NCBI RefSeq assembly: GCF_009914755.1
Contig: NC_060929.1
DNA: 64,000 bases
Reading direction: 5' to 3' (one strand)
Origin: the human T2T-CHM13v2.0 reference genome, Homo sapiens
Shown piece after piece: positions 26,278 through 41,118 of this stretch. A model generated the notes under the pieces. It saw only the letters and a program-made list of their open reading frames with translations, ran no database searches and was not told the origin of the DNA. Each line of letters starts with the position of its first letter. The first letter of the stretch is position 1. The position numbers were made by a program, and so were the translations under genes.

Positions 26278-26600
26278 GTTATATAAGACCAAACTCAGTA
26301 CCAATTCCTGGGGAACCCATTTGGAAAAGCACCCATCTATCTCCACCCTCTCTTTCTTGTCTCTAAGCCAGTTCCCTATCCATGCAAAAATAGACTCCCT
26401 CCCACTCACCACCCACCTCTGCCCAATTCTATAATGAATCAATTTTATTAATAGGCTTTGGGATGGAAACTTGACAAAGGCTTTTTGTGAAAGTCTCGCT
26501 TTATCTCCCTACATAGTTCACTTCTCAAAGAATTCTAATAAACTGGTCAGGTGGAATTTGGTCTTACATAAAATATTCATTAATCCACTCTTTCCCTCCA
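26278..26600 (-). mobile_element. CR1/L3 LINE reverse-transcriptase fragment
   Basis: Minus ORF 26152..26442 reads WIGNWLRDKKERVEIDGCFSKWVPQELVLSLVLYN, resembling the CR1 RT segment WI.NWL..R.QRV..NG..S.W....SGVPQGSVLGP.LFN. Confidence 0.75.
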
Positions 26601-27245
26601 TATAGAATGTATTGGTTTAAGCATTCAGTGATCTCTAGCCTGTGTTATAGATTCTATTCAATTGTTCTAAGAGGCAGTGGGATGAGATGGAAAGAGCACG
26701 GGCTTTGGAATGAGGGCCAAGTTGAAGTCTAGCTGGCCCCTTACTGGTTTTTCTTTCACATTGATTACTCTGAGGATTAAATGAGATAATATATGTAAGG
26801 TGGATGGCACATAGTAAGTGCTCGATGCAGGTTTGTGAATAAATGAATGAATGATTATGAATGATTGGTTCAGGACCCATATAAACCAGATCTTAAAGCT
26901 GGAGGAGCCAGCTGACTCTGCATTCTGAGTTAACAAAGTCATACTACCCAGGAAGGGTGGTTTGAAAAGTCTTCAGAAGCAAACTTCAGGATTAGGCTGT
27001 TGGTTGGCCTGTCTCCAGGCCAGAAAGGAGGATCTTTCTCCAGCCCCTGGTGCAAGGGGTTCCCTCAGCTCAAGAAAAAATTTGAGTCTGGAATCTGGGT
27101 TCAAAACAGAAAACTCCTTGAAAATCAAGACTGTGTCATTTTATTGGTGGATTCTGCCTTTCTCTCAACTAGAGCCTGGCTCAGAGTGATGTCGAATAGG
27201 CAGAGAGGTCCACAGCACATATTCATGTTGTGAAGATGAGGTGCA

Positions 27246-27300
27246 TTGACTTGAGTTGATCTGAGTTGACTTGGCTTGAATTGACTTGAGTTGTTCTGAG
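27246..27300. repeat. Degenerate pentamer repeat (TTGAN)n
   Basis: TTGAC TTGAG TTGAT CTGAG TTGAC TTGGC TTGAA TTGAC TTGAG. Confidence 0.7.
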
Positions 27301-30289
27301 TTTACTGGTGGACTCAACTCTTGGGCCCACCGAGAGAGAAGCTTCCTGAAACTTGGACTTAGCTAAGACCTGGCTGGTCTCATAGCACAGGGGAGACTTC
27401 ACAGGTGATGTTCTGGGGACATTACAGAGTGTCCCGAAGATAGAGGCCTTTCAGAGAGGACCAGGGCCATAGTCAGCACTGAAGAGCTGGATAGCAGTCT
27501 TGGCTCAGTCAGGGGGCACCACATGGCTAAATGTCCCTTAGGAATCTTTAAAATCTATTGGAACTCTGCCAGGACCTTTTCATATTTTTAAGGCAATAGA
27601 AGCCTTTCTTACTGGCATAGAGGGATCTTTTTGGGGTACCCACTTCAGTGGGAGGATGGCCTCCAGGTTGGAAGGTCAACTAGACTCAGCAATGAGGAGA
27701 GAAGACAGGGTGAGGCTGGGAACCAGGCAGAGTTTCATACTACAGATGCTGGGACCATTGTAAGTGGGTCCTCCCATGGAAGCGAGGGTTTGGGGATCTG
27801 AGTGAGATGTGATTCTAACTCTAGACTTATGTCAGGCAGTGTTTGCTGAAGGGAAAATGACCCAGAAAGTACACTGGGAAATCAGGCAAGACCTATAGCC
27901 TCACCATGCGGAGGGCAGCCAGCACAGCTCAGGCCCCTTGGCCAGCCCCATCCCAGGCCCTGCCCACCACAGAATGCAGCCAGCACCTGAGGGAGACAGG
28001 AATGAGAACACCAGTGAGCTTCAGGTGAGCAGGGGCTGCTCACACGCTTACTGCACTTGACCAGTGTCTGTCTCTCACACGGGTCTGGGAACCCACCAAA
28101 GGAAATATGTTGCGTTCCTATCATCCCCTTTGTACCCCCTAAAAATCTGGGTACAGATTTTAGACATCAGTGTTTGATGAGTGAATAATCAGGTCAGAGT
28201 AAGATTTAGAAAGCCAGTGGAAGATTTCAAGATGGCAAAATGGAAAATTTCAAGATTTCAAGGTGGCCAAGGTCCAAGGTAGAGACGCCTAGCCAGAAAA
28301 AATAACATAGACCCAGAAGCTGCCCCTCAGGAATTTGGCTCATGGAAAAATAATGCACTAAATGGAGCCAAGGGACAGGGTGGTGCAATGTGAGCTCGAA
28401 ATAATGTTCCTCAGCATCCTGGGCTTCTAAGAAGGTTCTCAGGGCCCATTATGGGATGGGTTTGGGGAAGAGAAGGCCTCAAAGAAGAAGCCCTAGATCC
28501 TCCAAATCCATTTCAACCACAAAAGCTTCGCTTTTATCTGTTGTATATGTTGGATTTCCTCCTAAATTTTTACTTTTAAAGGGTTCTTTTGATTTTAAAA
28601 AGTGCATTTGGGAAAGTACTGGCATTGAAAGAGCCTATGCCTTTGGAGGTAGACTGGGTCCAGATCTCAGCTCCATCCCTTTCCACCAGTGGGACTTGGG
28701 GCAAGTGTCCCTTTGAGCCTCCACATTCTCAGCCACGAGCCACCCTCCCAGGGCTGTATGAGCACAGCTAAGCGGCTCTGGTACCTCCCAGAGGCTGGCA
28801 CACGTGTGATTGATTGATGCTGTACAAGATGACTTTAGCTGGTATACAGATGAACATTTATTATTTTAATAGCTCGCAAGTGATGCGTGTTAGAAATATA
28901 TAACCAGCACACTAAACTGTGATTTATGAAAATAATATGGCATTTCCTCTGAAAATAAAATTGTGATCTTTTTAAAAAGGCAAATCAATTTAAAGAGAAA
29001 TACTAAGTAAGTGATAGGGCAGAAATCATGAAGGTGGCACAGGAATGACTGAAATTTGGGGGAAATTGAGAGAATCTATGTAAACACCAATCACAGTGTC
29101 TGTCACTTAAGAAGGGCTCAAAAAGTTAGTTCTTATATCCTTCTATTTTAGCTCCCTGGGGTGGTTGAACCTAGAACCATGCTCAAAAAACAAAACAAAA
29201 CAAAAACAAAGCTTCCTGGGACAAAGTAGGGGCCCAGGCCCAGTCGGTCTGGAACAGTGTGGGGTGGGCATGAGACAGGCAGCCATGGATCCAGCTCTGA
29301 TGGGCAGAAGTGGTCAAGTGTGGCCAGGGAGCTGGCCACAGGCACACAGAGCAGTCCGAGGCTGCTGAGGTAGCATCTCCCACAAAGTGGGCACAGACCA
29401 TCGGGGATCCATGAGACAATTTGAAGAGTTATTCAGGCACAAATTAAATAGCACTGGGAGAGAATGACTGCCTTTTTGGTTGATTACATCAAGGAGAGAG
29501 TCTCAATTGAAAGTTAGCCTCTCCTTAACCAGCTTGATTTCCTTTCCAAGGAAGAGGCTCAGACTTCAGCCGGCAACAGTAACTAGCTGGAAGTGGATAA
29601 ACGATGTTTTATTTTCCATTTATTTGTTTTTAACCATGGCCTTCTATTTACAGAACAGGATACTGCATTCCTGTTTATGAGAAGGATCTTATGTTCTCTT
29701 TCCAAATATATGTATTAAAGGTCAAAAAATGAACCTGTTACTCTTGCTAAGTATAAAGTGAGTAATAGTAAATGCAAGATGTACATGAGGAAAACAGAGA
29801 GAAGTGGTGTATGACTGAGGCAAGAGTCACCTGGCAAAGGTGTTGCAACGGCTTCCATGGCTCCAGAGCCCATGCTGGGCCCAGAGGCAGGAATGTCTCC
29901 AGGCCCCACCACAGCCTCCGGGGCAGTCCTCACCCTGGGGAGGGCAAAGGAGGCCCCATCCTAAGAAGGAGGGAGATTGCTGGGCAGGTGACCCAGAGCC
30001 TCCTGCCTGAGCCGGGAGTGCAGAGACCAGGACAGCAGCCTGGCCAGCAGTCAGTGAGGTCAGGGCTACCACCAGAGGGTGGATCTGAAACAGACCCTAG
30101 GCCTCTGGTTTCTGGCAAGGTTGATTACATCCAGAAGGGGGTCTTAATTAGAGGCTGTGGTCCAGTGGTTGATCATAACTTGGATTATCCAGCGGGGGCA
30201 GGAAGGAGCTGAGGGACAGGAAGAGGCAGCCCGTGTCAGCCTGGTGTTCAAGGAATCAGGTGTGAACCTCAACAGTTCACAGCAGCCTT

Positions 30290-30760
30290 AGAGAGGGGCT
30301 GGGTGTGAATTAGGGTACACTGATAGCAAGCAACAGAGACTAACTCTGTCAGACTCAGACAGAAAAGGGGGTTATCGAGGTTATCAGATGGGACCCAGAA
30401 CCAAAGGGAAAGCTGGACACAGGGCTCAGGAAAGGACCAGAGCCAAAGCTGCACAAGGGGTCTGGAAGCAGGACCTGAGGCCGGTTTTGTCCAGGTCCCC
30501 TCTGGGATGCATCTCAGCCACAGCCGCTTTTTTCCTCCTTGCATCACTCGGCTCATGAGTCACAGCCCCAGGAGGGAGACAGCTGGCTTGGCGTGGGTCC
30601 CGTGTCCTCCTCTCGGCCAGCCCAAAGCATGGCGGCTTGACAGGACTGCTTCCGAGATTGAACGTGAGGGAGGGGTGGTTCCCACAAGGAAAATCAAAGG
30701 GCTGTCACCAGAAGGAGGAGGAGTGGATTCTGGGCAGCTCAAACCAGCAAATGTCTACCA
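30290..30760. mobile_element. Old MLT1-type MaLR LTR
   Basis: GCAAGCAACAGAGACTAACTCTG.., GGGTCCCGTGTCCTCC.., GGTGGTTCCCACAAGGAAAATCAAAGGGCTGTCACCAGAAG..GGATTCTGGGCAG. Confidence 0.55.
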
Positions 30761-31852
30761 GAAGGATCCCAGGGAGTACGAGGCACTGTGGTCTCCTAGG
30801 TTTCACTCTCTGGGACCATCCCTGAGGCCTCCTTTCTCCTACCCTGAATGGACAAACGTCACCATCCCAGTCTGGGAGCAGTGGTCTGCTGTACCTGAGT
30901 AAGGTGGTGAGCTGCTGCAGTGAGGGTCCTCCGATGGGCTGGGGGCCCTAGGGGAAGGGTACTGGGCAAGTCTGATCCTTGGCCCCAGGGCTGAAAAGGA
31001 TCTGCTGGGCTGAGGAAGTCTAATGAGAACCGACTCACTCAGGGGCTGCAAACCCGCTCGTCAGCAGGCTTGGCGGAGAGCACATGCATGGAGGAACTGT
31101 GACAGGGGACAGACATGCTTAGCTAGCAGGACAGCCGCTGCCCACTCCAGGGAGTGGAGTTACCACTCCAACAGTTACCACACAGGCACGGGGCCCCAGG
31201 GTTGATGGTTACACCTGGGCTGGTTTGTTTAAATGAAGGCCCAAATCAGGAGTTCTATGTGAAACTCCTCCTTTTTTAGTATTATCAATTCACAGGAAAA
31301 CAATTAAATGTTGTGTTGACCAAACAATATGTACCACCAGTTTGTGACCATGGGAACTAACTTCTACTCATCCACTACAACTAAGATGAGACATCACTTC
31401 CTCCAGGAAGCCTTCCATGACTTGCCCCTCCCTCTGCCTTGCCACCAATTCTTTGGACTCCCACAGACCCTGTATTTCCTTTTGTCACAGCATTGACCCT
31501 CTGTGTTACTTGGAGGCACACAAGTTCGTTTGTTTTTGTCTGCTGCTTTTTGACTGTAAGCTCCTTGAGGAGACCCACTGTCTCTTGTTACATCTATGCC
31601 CAGCATCATGCCTGACACACATGAAGGGCTGTGGCATTGATGGAAGGGGGCTATAGGGACTGCAGGTCTCAAGGTTATACTGTGGCAACCAGTTAATCCT
31701 CAAATCCTGTTGTGACTTAATACAACAAAGATTTGTTTCTCCTTAACATGATGTCTTCTGTGGAGCCAGCAGCTCTCCAGGCAGCATCCTTCCAATCGGT
31801 GACTCCGGGATCTAGGCCGGCTCCGCCACTATGCAGCAGCGGAAGAGAGTGA

Positions 31853-32165
<313 letters not shown>

Positions 32166-34149
32166 ACAGTCACTCTTAATACCTCAGCCCAGAAGTGACA
32201 CTGATTGATTCTTCTCACAGGCCGTTGGCCAAAACTAGTCACATGACCTATCTCACCATCAGGGGCGGGAAAGAATTCACTGAGTTCACGTTCTTGCAGC
32301 ACAAGCCCTGACCTGCCGCTGGCAGTGCTGGGGAGCCAGGGGTCCAAAAGGAGGACTTGGGCTATGCGTGGGGCAGAGGCAGCCAGGAACCAGAGGTGCT
32401 CGAGACACAGAAACTTGCCAGCATCACTGAGAACCAGAGGTGCCTCATGGCTGGTACATGAAAGCACCTCTTAATTTGCATGTTTAACTCAACACATCCT
32501 AAAAAGTGGGAAAAGAGTGGGGAGAGAATTTCATTAACCTGAGCTTTCCACCTTTCCTTATTTTTCCAATCAGTAAACACTAGCAAATGAAAATCAAGTT
32601 GATGGAAAAATAGAGGTCAAATGCCAATGGGCAAACTGTTCAGAAAGAAATTGCCACCTGGTCCCTTCAACATCTTACGTGGTGTCCATGGTGACCCAAG
32701 AGCGACTGCAGCTGTTGGAAGGGCTCAGATGCCAGTGCACTCGGGGATACCGACCCTCACTGCTCTGACAGCCTTGGCCAGACCATGGCCGACAGCAAGT
32801 CAGTGGGCCCCACTCCAGGGGGCTCCAAGACACTTGCCATGCTTTCTTCAGGCTATATCACAACAGCAGATGTTTCTTTGGGATGGAATCACAGGATCTT
32901 AGATGGCTCTAGAAAGAGCAGAAGCTTAGGAGCCAGAAAGATCTGGGTTCAAATTCCAGTTCTTTCCTAGTAAGTCAACTTCCTACCTAGCAAGACCCTT
33001 CACCGCTCTGAGTTTCAGCTTTATCGCCTGTCTAATGGGTACAAGGATAACACCTACCTCCCTGAACAACTGCGCATAGTCTCTGACATCACGTGTCTAA
33101 TGCATAATGTCCTAACGCACAGTATGACCTCAACTGATGTCACTGTTTTTCCTTTTCCCCCACTGGGGTCAGAGGGACTGAGTCCAACCTCCCCTGACTG
33201 CAGCCAGCCAGTTCCTATTTGCACACCTCTGATGACAAGAAGCTCACTACTCTTCCTACTGCCCCCCTCGCCCTACAAGCCCTGAGCATCTTGCTCCATT
33301 TTTTAATTACTCCCACGATGTTTGTGAAGAGAGGGTCTGATGTCCCTAGGGACTAGGGATTGAGGGGAAGGTGCCTGGCTCACTTCCCCACCTGGCTGAC
33401 TAATCACAGTCTTTGCCCTCAGGAGTTGTGCGGGGGAACTGAGTATAGTGAGGATGAAGGAGGTGAGGGGATCAGGGTGGAGGAATGTGTATCCATTTCT
33501 GGTTCACAAAAGGAAACAGAGAAACCCATCACACATGGGAGACAGGATCAGGACTGGGGACATGTGTCCCATAGAAAAGAAATCTCAGGAAGACTGCCAC
33601 AGGACAATGATGGAGGTTCAACCTAGGGTTAAGTGTGGGGAGCCACAGAGGGGAAAACAGGAGCCTCAAATAAGAGCAAACTTTCCTTCATTCATTCTGC
33701 AAGCACTCCCTGTTTCTCCACCCTGCCTGGCCCCAGGCTGAGCATAAGCGCAAGAAATGAATCCGTGGCCTTGACCTTGGGAGAGTGGGCAGGCATGTAG
33801 ATGATAACATGGAAACCATTTGAGTATTGCTGAGATAAAGGAAAGTTCAATGGGGGCTGTGGGAGCTCAGAGTGGGGGTAGCTGGCCCACTAGGGAGGGG
33901 AAGGATGAGGAGGCAAACAGAAAGTCGGGAGAAAAGGGATACCAGCTAGAGGGGCACCATGGGCAAAGGCATAGAGGTGAAAATCAGCCTGTGTGTGGAA
34001 AACCCACCCCTTTCTCTAGTGCTTGAGCAGGGAGTGGTGACAGGTGGGCTGATCCAGCAGAAAAGGGCCTTGCAGACAGCCACAGAGCAGAGACCCTGTC
34101 CCAGGCTAGGAGGAAGCCATGGAAGGGCGAGTTGTTTTTCATTTTTGTT

Positions 34150-35258
<1,109 letters not shown>

Positions 35259-37089
35259 AAGGCTCTGGACAGGGAGGGTCAAGGGCCGCCTTTCATTTTA
35301 GAAAGTTATCTCTGGCAGCCAAGTGGAGTGTCTGGGATTGGAAGTGGGTGTCCTGGAACCTCTGGCTGATACCAGGGGCATCTCTTAGGTACCAGGTTTC
35401 ATCGGCTTCCTCTGCCTTCTTCACTCCTCACAGTCACCCTTTGACCTCACAGGTCAAAAGTGTTATCAGTATTTCACAGATGAAATGGCCAGGCTCAGAG
35501 AGGTGAAGGGCCTGCCCAAGGTCTCACAGAGGGTGCGGAGAGGACAGCTGGGATGTTCTCAGCCTGAAGCAGGTAGCCCAGGGAGGAATAGAACAGAAGG
35601 GAACAAAAGGAAGGTGAAGAAGCAGCTACAAGGACATCTATCTCACTCCTTATTTTGCAGAAAAGGAAATTATCCACCTGTCTCCCCAGTTCTCTCCCCT
35701 TCCTTCCCCTCTCTCTGCATCACACCAAAAGTCCCTACAGAGGTCAGCAGCCATCTGGAGGTGAGTGTCCCCAGCCTGAGACTGTGTTGGAGGCCCAGTG
35801 ATGTGCAGGGAGCCAATTTGGTCAGCTCCTGTCTCTGCCACCACCCACCGTGTGGCCCTGGACTGGTCACGTCACCTCCCTGAGCCTTAGGCTCTTTACC
35901 TGTTTCAATAATCCCTTCCTCTGGGCCTTGTGGGGAGAAATCACTGAGGGAAACTGATGCAGTGCCCAGCAGGGCGCCTGGCGTCATGAGCCCTTAGTTT
36001 ACTTGGCACACACTCATTCCTTCCCCCGACACTTCTGTGACTAGCGGGGCTCCGTGTTCTGCCCAGGCCCCCTCTCCCTGGGTAGCAGGGTCAGCCTCTT
36101 CACGTCTCATGCAGCCACAACAGGCCACTGGTGGGTTCCTCACTGCCTGAAAGCAGGTGTGGTGGGCCAGGCATGGCATTCCCTCCCGCATCACCTTGTC
36201 TCCCTGCAGCTGCCCCCACTCAGGCTGACAGCCACACAATGAGTCCCAGAAGGGCCTTTCTCGTCTCAAGGACTCTCAGCTCAGAGCCCAGACGCCTTTA
36301 TTTTAGGAGCTGTGGTTAGTAAAGTGCTTCATCAACGCCACCTCCAAGCAGCCCCCCGCCCCCTACCACACACAGCCCGTGTGACTGTCTCACCCGCCCT
36401 GTCCTTCCACTCCTTAATCCGTGCTGCATTTCATGAGCATCTCCAGGCACTGTGCTAGGCACCAAGAGGCCCACCAGCTCCCTCCCTTCATGGAGTTTCC
36501 TCTGCATTGAGAGAAACAGACAATAAACAAATATATGGACATGGTAAACAGGATGCCTTCGGATGGTGCTCAGGGCCGTGGAGATGATGGAGAAAGCTAT
36601 AACAGAGAGGGACAGGCAGTCGGCCGCTCGGTCCCAGAGCAGAGTCAGGAACTCCCAGGCCTGCTGCTGGGGATGGTGCGTCCTTCTCTGGTTTGGGCTC
36701 TTCCTGGAGGGAGCAGTGACACTGCAGACCTCCTGGGGGTTGTCCTGGGATTTGGCAAAAGATCCTGGCTGCTCCTGACCCCTGGCACTTCCTCCATCCA
36801 CCAGCTTCTCCCCTCCCGCCCCATAGGATTTCTTCCTCCCAATCCTACTGGATCCTGAGCAAACTGAGTCCTTTCCTGATGGTTTCCCCATCCCCAGGGG
36901 CAAGGGCAACTGAACCCCACACAGGGCCAGCAGAGACCCTCAGCTCTACGCAAGCAGGACACTCTTTCTCCCTTCTCGGGCCTCCACCTTCTCTCCCTCC
37001 TTCACCCCCTTCCTGACTCAGTCTCTCTGTCTCTGTGCCTCATCTCGCTTTTCCCCTCTCCAACTTCCTGTTACTCTCCTTCTCCTAAA

Positions 37090-37421
<332 letters not shown>

Positions 37422-38965
37422 TTATTGGGACACTCATTTCCTTCAAATAAATATATGTATTTTTAAATGCACTGAGCCCCTACCGGGTGCAGGCATAAGG
37501 TGAGGAGCTTGGGTCTAATCAAAGATGAGTAAGACATGGACTTCCCTGCAAGAGAGATGAGTCATGTACCTAAATAAGTGAAATGGGGAGGCTGAAAGTG
37601 GCCAGTGTGATAAAGGAGACACTGATGGGGGCTGCAGAGTAGGAGGGTTCCTGAGGGCTTCAAGGAAGAGGTGATGTTTTTAGTCACCTTGAAATACGAT
37701 CATGCAATGAAACGTGGGCTGACTCTGGGCCTCTCCTGTGGACAGTTGTTTAAGGACCAGCTCATTTGCCTGGAACGTAGGGAATTTGAATGTCATCTTT
37801 CTTTCACTTTATAGTTCTCTGATTCTGACTCACTTCCTTACCGATCTCACCACCTTCTCCTTCATTTTCTCTTTCATCTGTACTTTTTTTCTTCCCCACC
37901 TGTCCCTTCACAGACCATAAGACGTACTTTTGAGTTTTGTCCTCAATTTCGTTTTCCTTCCATCCTTTTCTCTCAAGTCTAAGTCCCACTCTCTAGCATC
38001 CTTCCTTCCTAACCTCCAAGGTGCCCTGGTAGACCACGTGGACTTTGATGTCTAACAGACCAGGGTCTCAGCCCAGTGACTCAACTCTCTAAGCCTTCAT
38101 TTCATCATCTGGAAACAGCCTCCTAGGGCTATTGTACAAACCAATGAGACAAAGGATGTGGAAACGCTTCCTACTGTAAATGAGAGTCTTTACCGTTAAC
38201 GAGGCTCTTTAGACTTAAGTGACAGAAACCCAACTCAAGATGGCCTGAAGGGAAAAGGGAAAGTCTGATGTTGCTAGGTCAGACACACATGGCCCCAGGG
38301 CTTCAGACAGTGACCACAACACTCTATCTTTCTACATCTCTCCACTGCCATCCCCCATGTTGGGCAGGCCTTCCTTTGCAGAGTGGGAACACAGCCATCT
38401 CCTTCCTATCAGCTGAGCAACTCCAGTGAAAATCGGGCACCCATTCCAGTGGTGTCAGCAAAGCTCTGTGATTGAACGTCAGTGGACTCAGCCCTAACCC
38501 ATTCCCATAGCCAGGCCTGGGTCCCACGCTATCACACGGACCCGTTAATGATGGGATCCTCCCACCCAACCCATAAGGACCATGAGTGGGAAAGGGGAAC
38601 ATCTTCCCAGAGAGGGGCCATTTCACAGTTACAAAAAGAAGGGGAAATGGCTGTTACGAATCAAGCTCCTTGAGCAACGGAGACAAGAAACACAGGGAAA
38701 GGAACAGGCTCACGCCTTCTTAGCCCTCAGGTGTCATCTCCTCAAAAAAAAGTCTTCTCTAATCCCTTAAGGATGTGTTGGGTGCTTCACCTGTGCTCTA
38801 GCAGCACCTTATGCTTCCCCTATTATCATATTTTTCGTGTTTATTATACTATTCTATTTGCTTGTCTGTCTCCTTCACAGGACTTTAAGTATCGTCAGGA
38901 CAAAGTCAGTGCCTGTCTTGCCTGTTGCTGTACACCCAATGTTGACAAATGCCAGACCCTTAGTA

Positions 38966-39180
38966 AATGATGGATGGAGGGATGGATGGATGGATGGATG
39001 GATGAGTGGTGAGATGGATGGAAAACAGACAGCTGGATGGGTGAATGCATGGATGGTAGGATAGATGAGGGTAGGTGAATGAATGAGTGAGTGGTGGAGC
39101 GTATGAACGATGGACGATTGGTTGGATAATGAGTGGATGAAGGGATGAATAAATAGATAGATGGATGGATGAATGGTTCA
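38966..39180. repeat. Degenerate (TGGA)n/(TGAA)n simple repeat
   Basis: GATGGATGGATGGATGGATG ... GATGGATGAATGG. Confidence 0.85.
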
Positions 39181-40815
39181 GAGATAACTGGTGAGATCAG
39201 TTTGGAATGGGCTTAGCCTGAACTGCCTGTAAACACAAACAGAGCTGCCCCTCAAGTTGTTGATAGATGAACCCCAAGTTCGGGAGAGAGGTCTGGGCTG
39301 GAAACAGAGGTTTAGGAGCTATTAATACAGAGACTATAATGGAGTGGATCAAGGTTACAGGGGAGGCAGCAAAGTGGGGGGAGCCAAAATCAGACAGCAC
39401 CTAAGTGACACTTGAACCCAGGGCTGTGTGATGATGTCAGAGCTTGCTTTCCTTCCTTCATTTTATGGCAGCTTGGCCACTACTTGAGGTGACAGCACAG
39501 AGTTAATGTATCTCCCTCTCCCCTCCCTCCCCCTCCTCAAACCACTCAGCCAGAAGGGAGCAGCTGCCTGGGAGGACAGAGAGACAGATTATGTAAACTG
39601 TGATTGCCACCCACAGGAGGAGGAGGAGACTGAATAGGTATTGAAATGCGCTTTCAATAATGCATGTCCTCCTCCGCACAGGCCTGGGGCTTGCTGGGGA
39701 GGAGAGGATCCTTAAAGGGACCGATCCTCCTGTCCCCAACACCCACAGGCCCCCTGCCAGCCATACAGGTCCCCTGTGCACAATTGGAGGGCTCTATGGA
39801 CATCCACTCCAGGGGTCCCCAACCTTTCACCCTCAAGGACGCCTTTTTTTCTTTCCCTCTTGACTTCAGTGGATTTGACTTTTTAAAGATTCTGTTTCCC
39901 AAACATGCTGCATTTAAGTCATGATTAATTCATTTTCCCCATTTTTTATTAATCAAAGACACTTAACTGCCAGTCAGAGCTTTGATCAGCAAGAGGTAAG
40001 CCACGAGGTGAGGTGATGTCATTCCAACCCAAAGCTAAGAAATATAGCAAGCAATATTGTTAGGCAGGCCGGCCTTGCTGCCAGAAAGTGCCCTCCCTTC
40101 TTCTAACCCCAGAGATAGAAGAGCCCCAGGCTGGGGACCAGGGACCCTGCCCAAGTCTCTCTCATTTCCCAAAGGAGGAAACCAAGGCCCAGAAAGGCAA
40201 ATGGACTTGCCCAAGGCCACAGGATCAGTGAGACCTAAAGGCCAAGGTCTGGCCTCTGCAGTTTCAAATGACCTATAACTTGGCAGTGAAACAGGCCAAG
40301 CAGGGGACCTGAAAGTCAAGAGGAGGGCAGGAGAAAGAGAAGCCATGAGAGCCAGCACCTTCATTGTGCTCCTACTACGCACCAGACCCACTAGAAAGTG
40401 TCTACCACCTTGTTCTCACACAACAACTCGGAAGGCTGAGATTGACATTCCCGTTGCACAGAGGAAGAAATTGAGCATCAAAGAGGATCCGTGGTTTTAC
40501 ATCATCCACTCAGCTGGGAAGTGAAGGATCAGGATTCCAGCAGGTGTGTCCAACCGACCGTGAAACTTTTTCCACCTCACTGGCCTGGCTGTGATGGAGG
40601 CGAGGAGATCATTCAGACCAGATTGGCATTTCTGTTTGCCACTCACCAGTGTGTGAATTTAGCTAATGATCTCACCCCTCTGAGCCCCCATTCCCTCCTC
40701 TGAGGAACTGGGATAGCATCTGATGGCTTGAGTGATGGTGGAGGATAAGAAAACAGGGTTAAAGAAAATGGGGCACAGAAACTAGGGTACAGAGAAGCTT
40801 TAACTTGGCGAACTG

Positions 40816-41118
40816 GACCGGGTACAGTGGCTCGCACCTGTAATCCCAGCACTTTGGGAGGCCAAGACAGGCAGATCATGAGGTCAGGAGATCAAGACCA
40901 TCCTGGCCAACATGGTAAACCCTGTCTCTACTAAAAATACAAAAATTAGCTGGGGATGGTGGCATGCACCTGTAGTCCCAGCTACTTGGGAGGCTGAGGC
41001 AGAATTGCTTGAACCCAGGAGGCAGAGGTTCAGTGAGCCAAGATCGCACCACTGCACTCCAGCCTGGCGACAGAGCGAGACTCTGTCTCAAAAACAAACA
41101 AAAAGAAAAAAAAAAAGG
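40816..41118 (+). mobile_element. AluSc-like with 38-nt 5' addition inside its TSD
   Basis: CCAGCCTGGCGACAG diagnostic; 17-bp direct repeat AAAGAAAATGGGGCACA at 40761-40777 and 41119-41135. Confidence 0.9.

Noticed and set aside
36316-36909. 197-aa minus-strand ORF
   Set aside because: Non-ATG start, partly L2-derived, no domain or exon structure
40778-40815. U6 snRNA-like TACAGAGAAG upstream of an Alu (U6-Alu chimera)
   Set aside because: Only 10 nt match; the whole segment fits the MIR core GAAACTGAGGCACAGAGAGGTTAAGTAACTTGCC better
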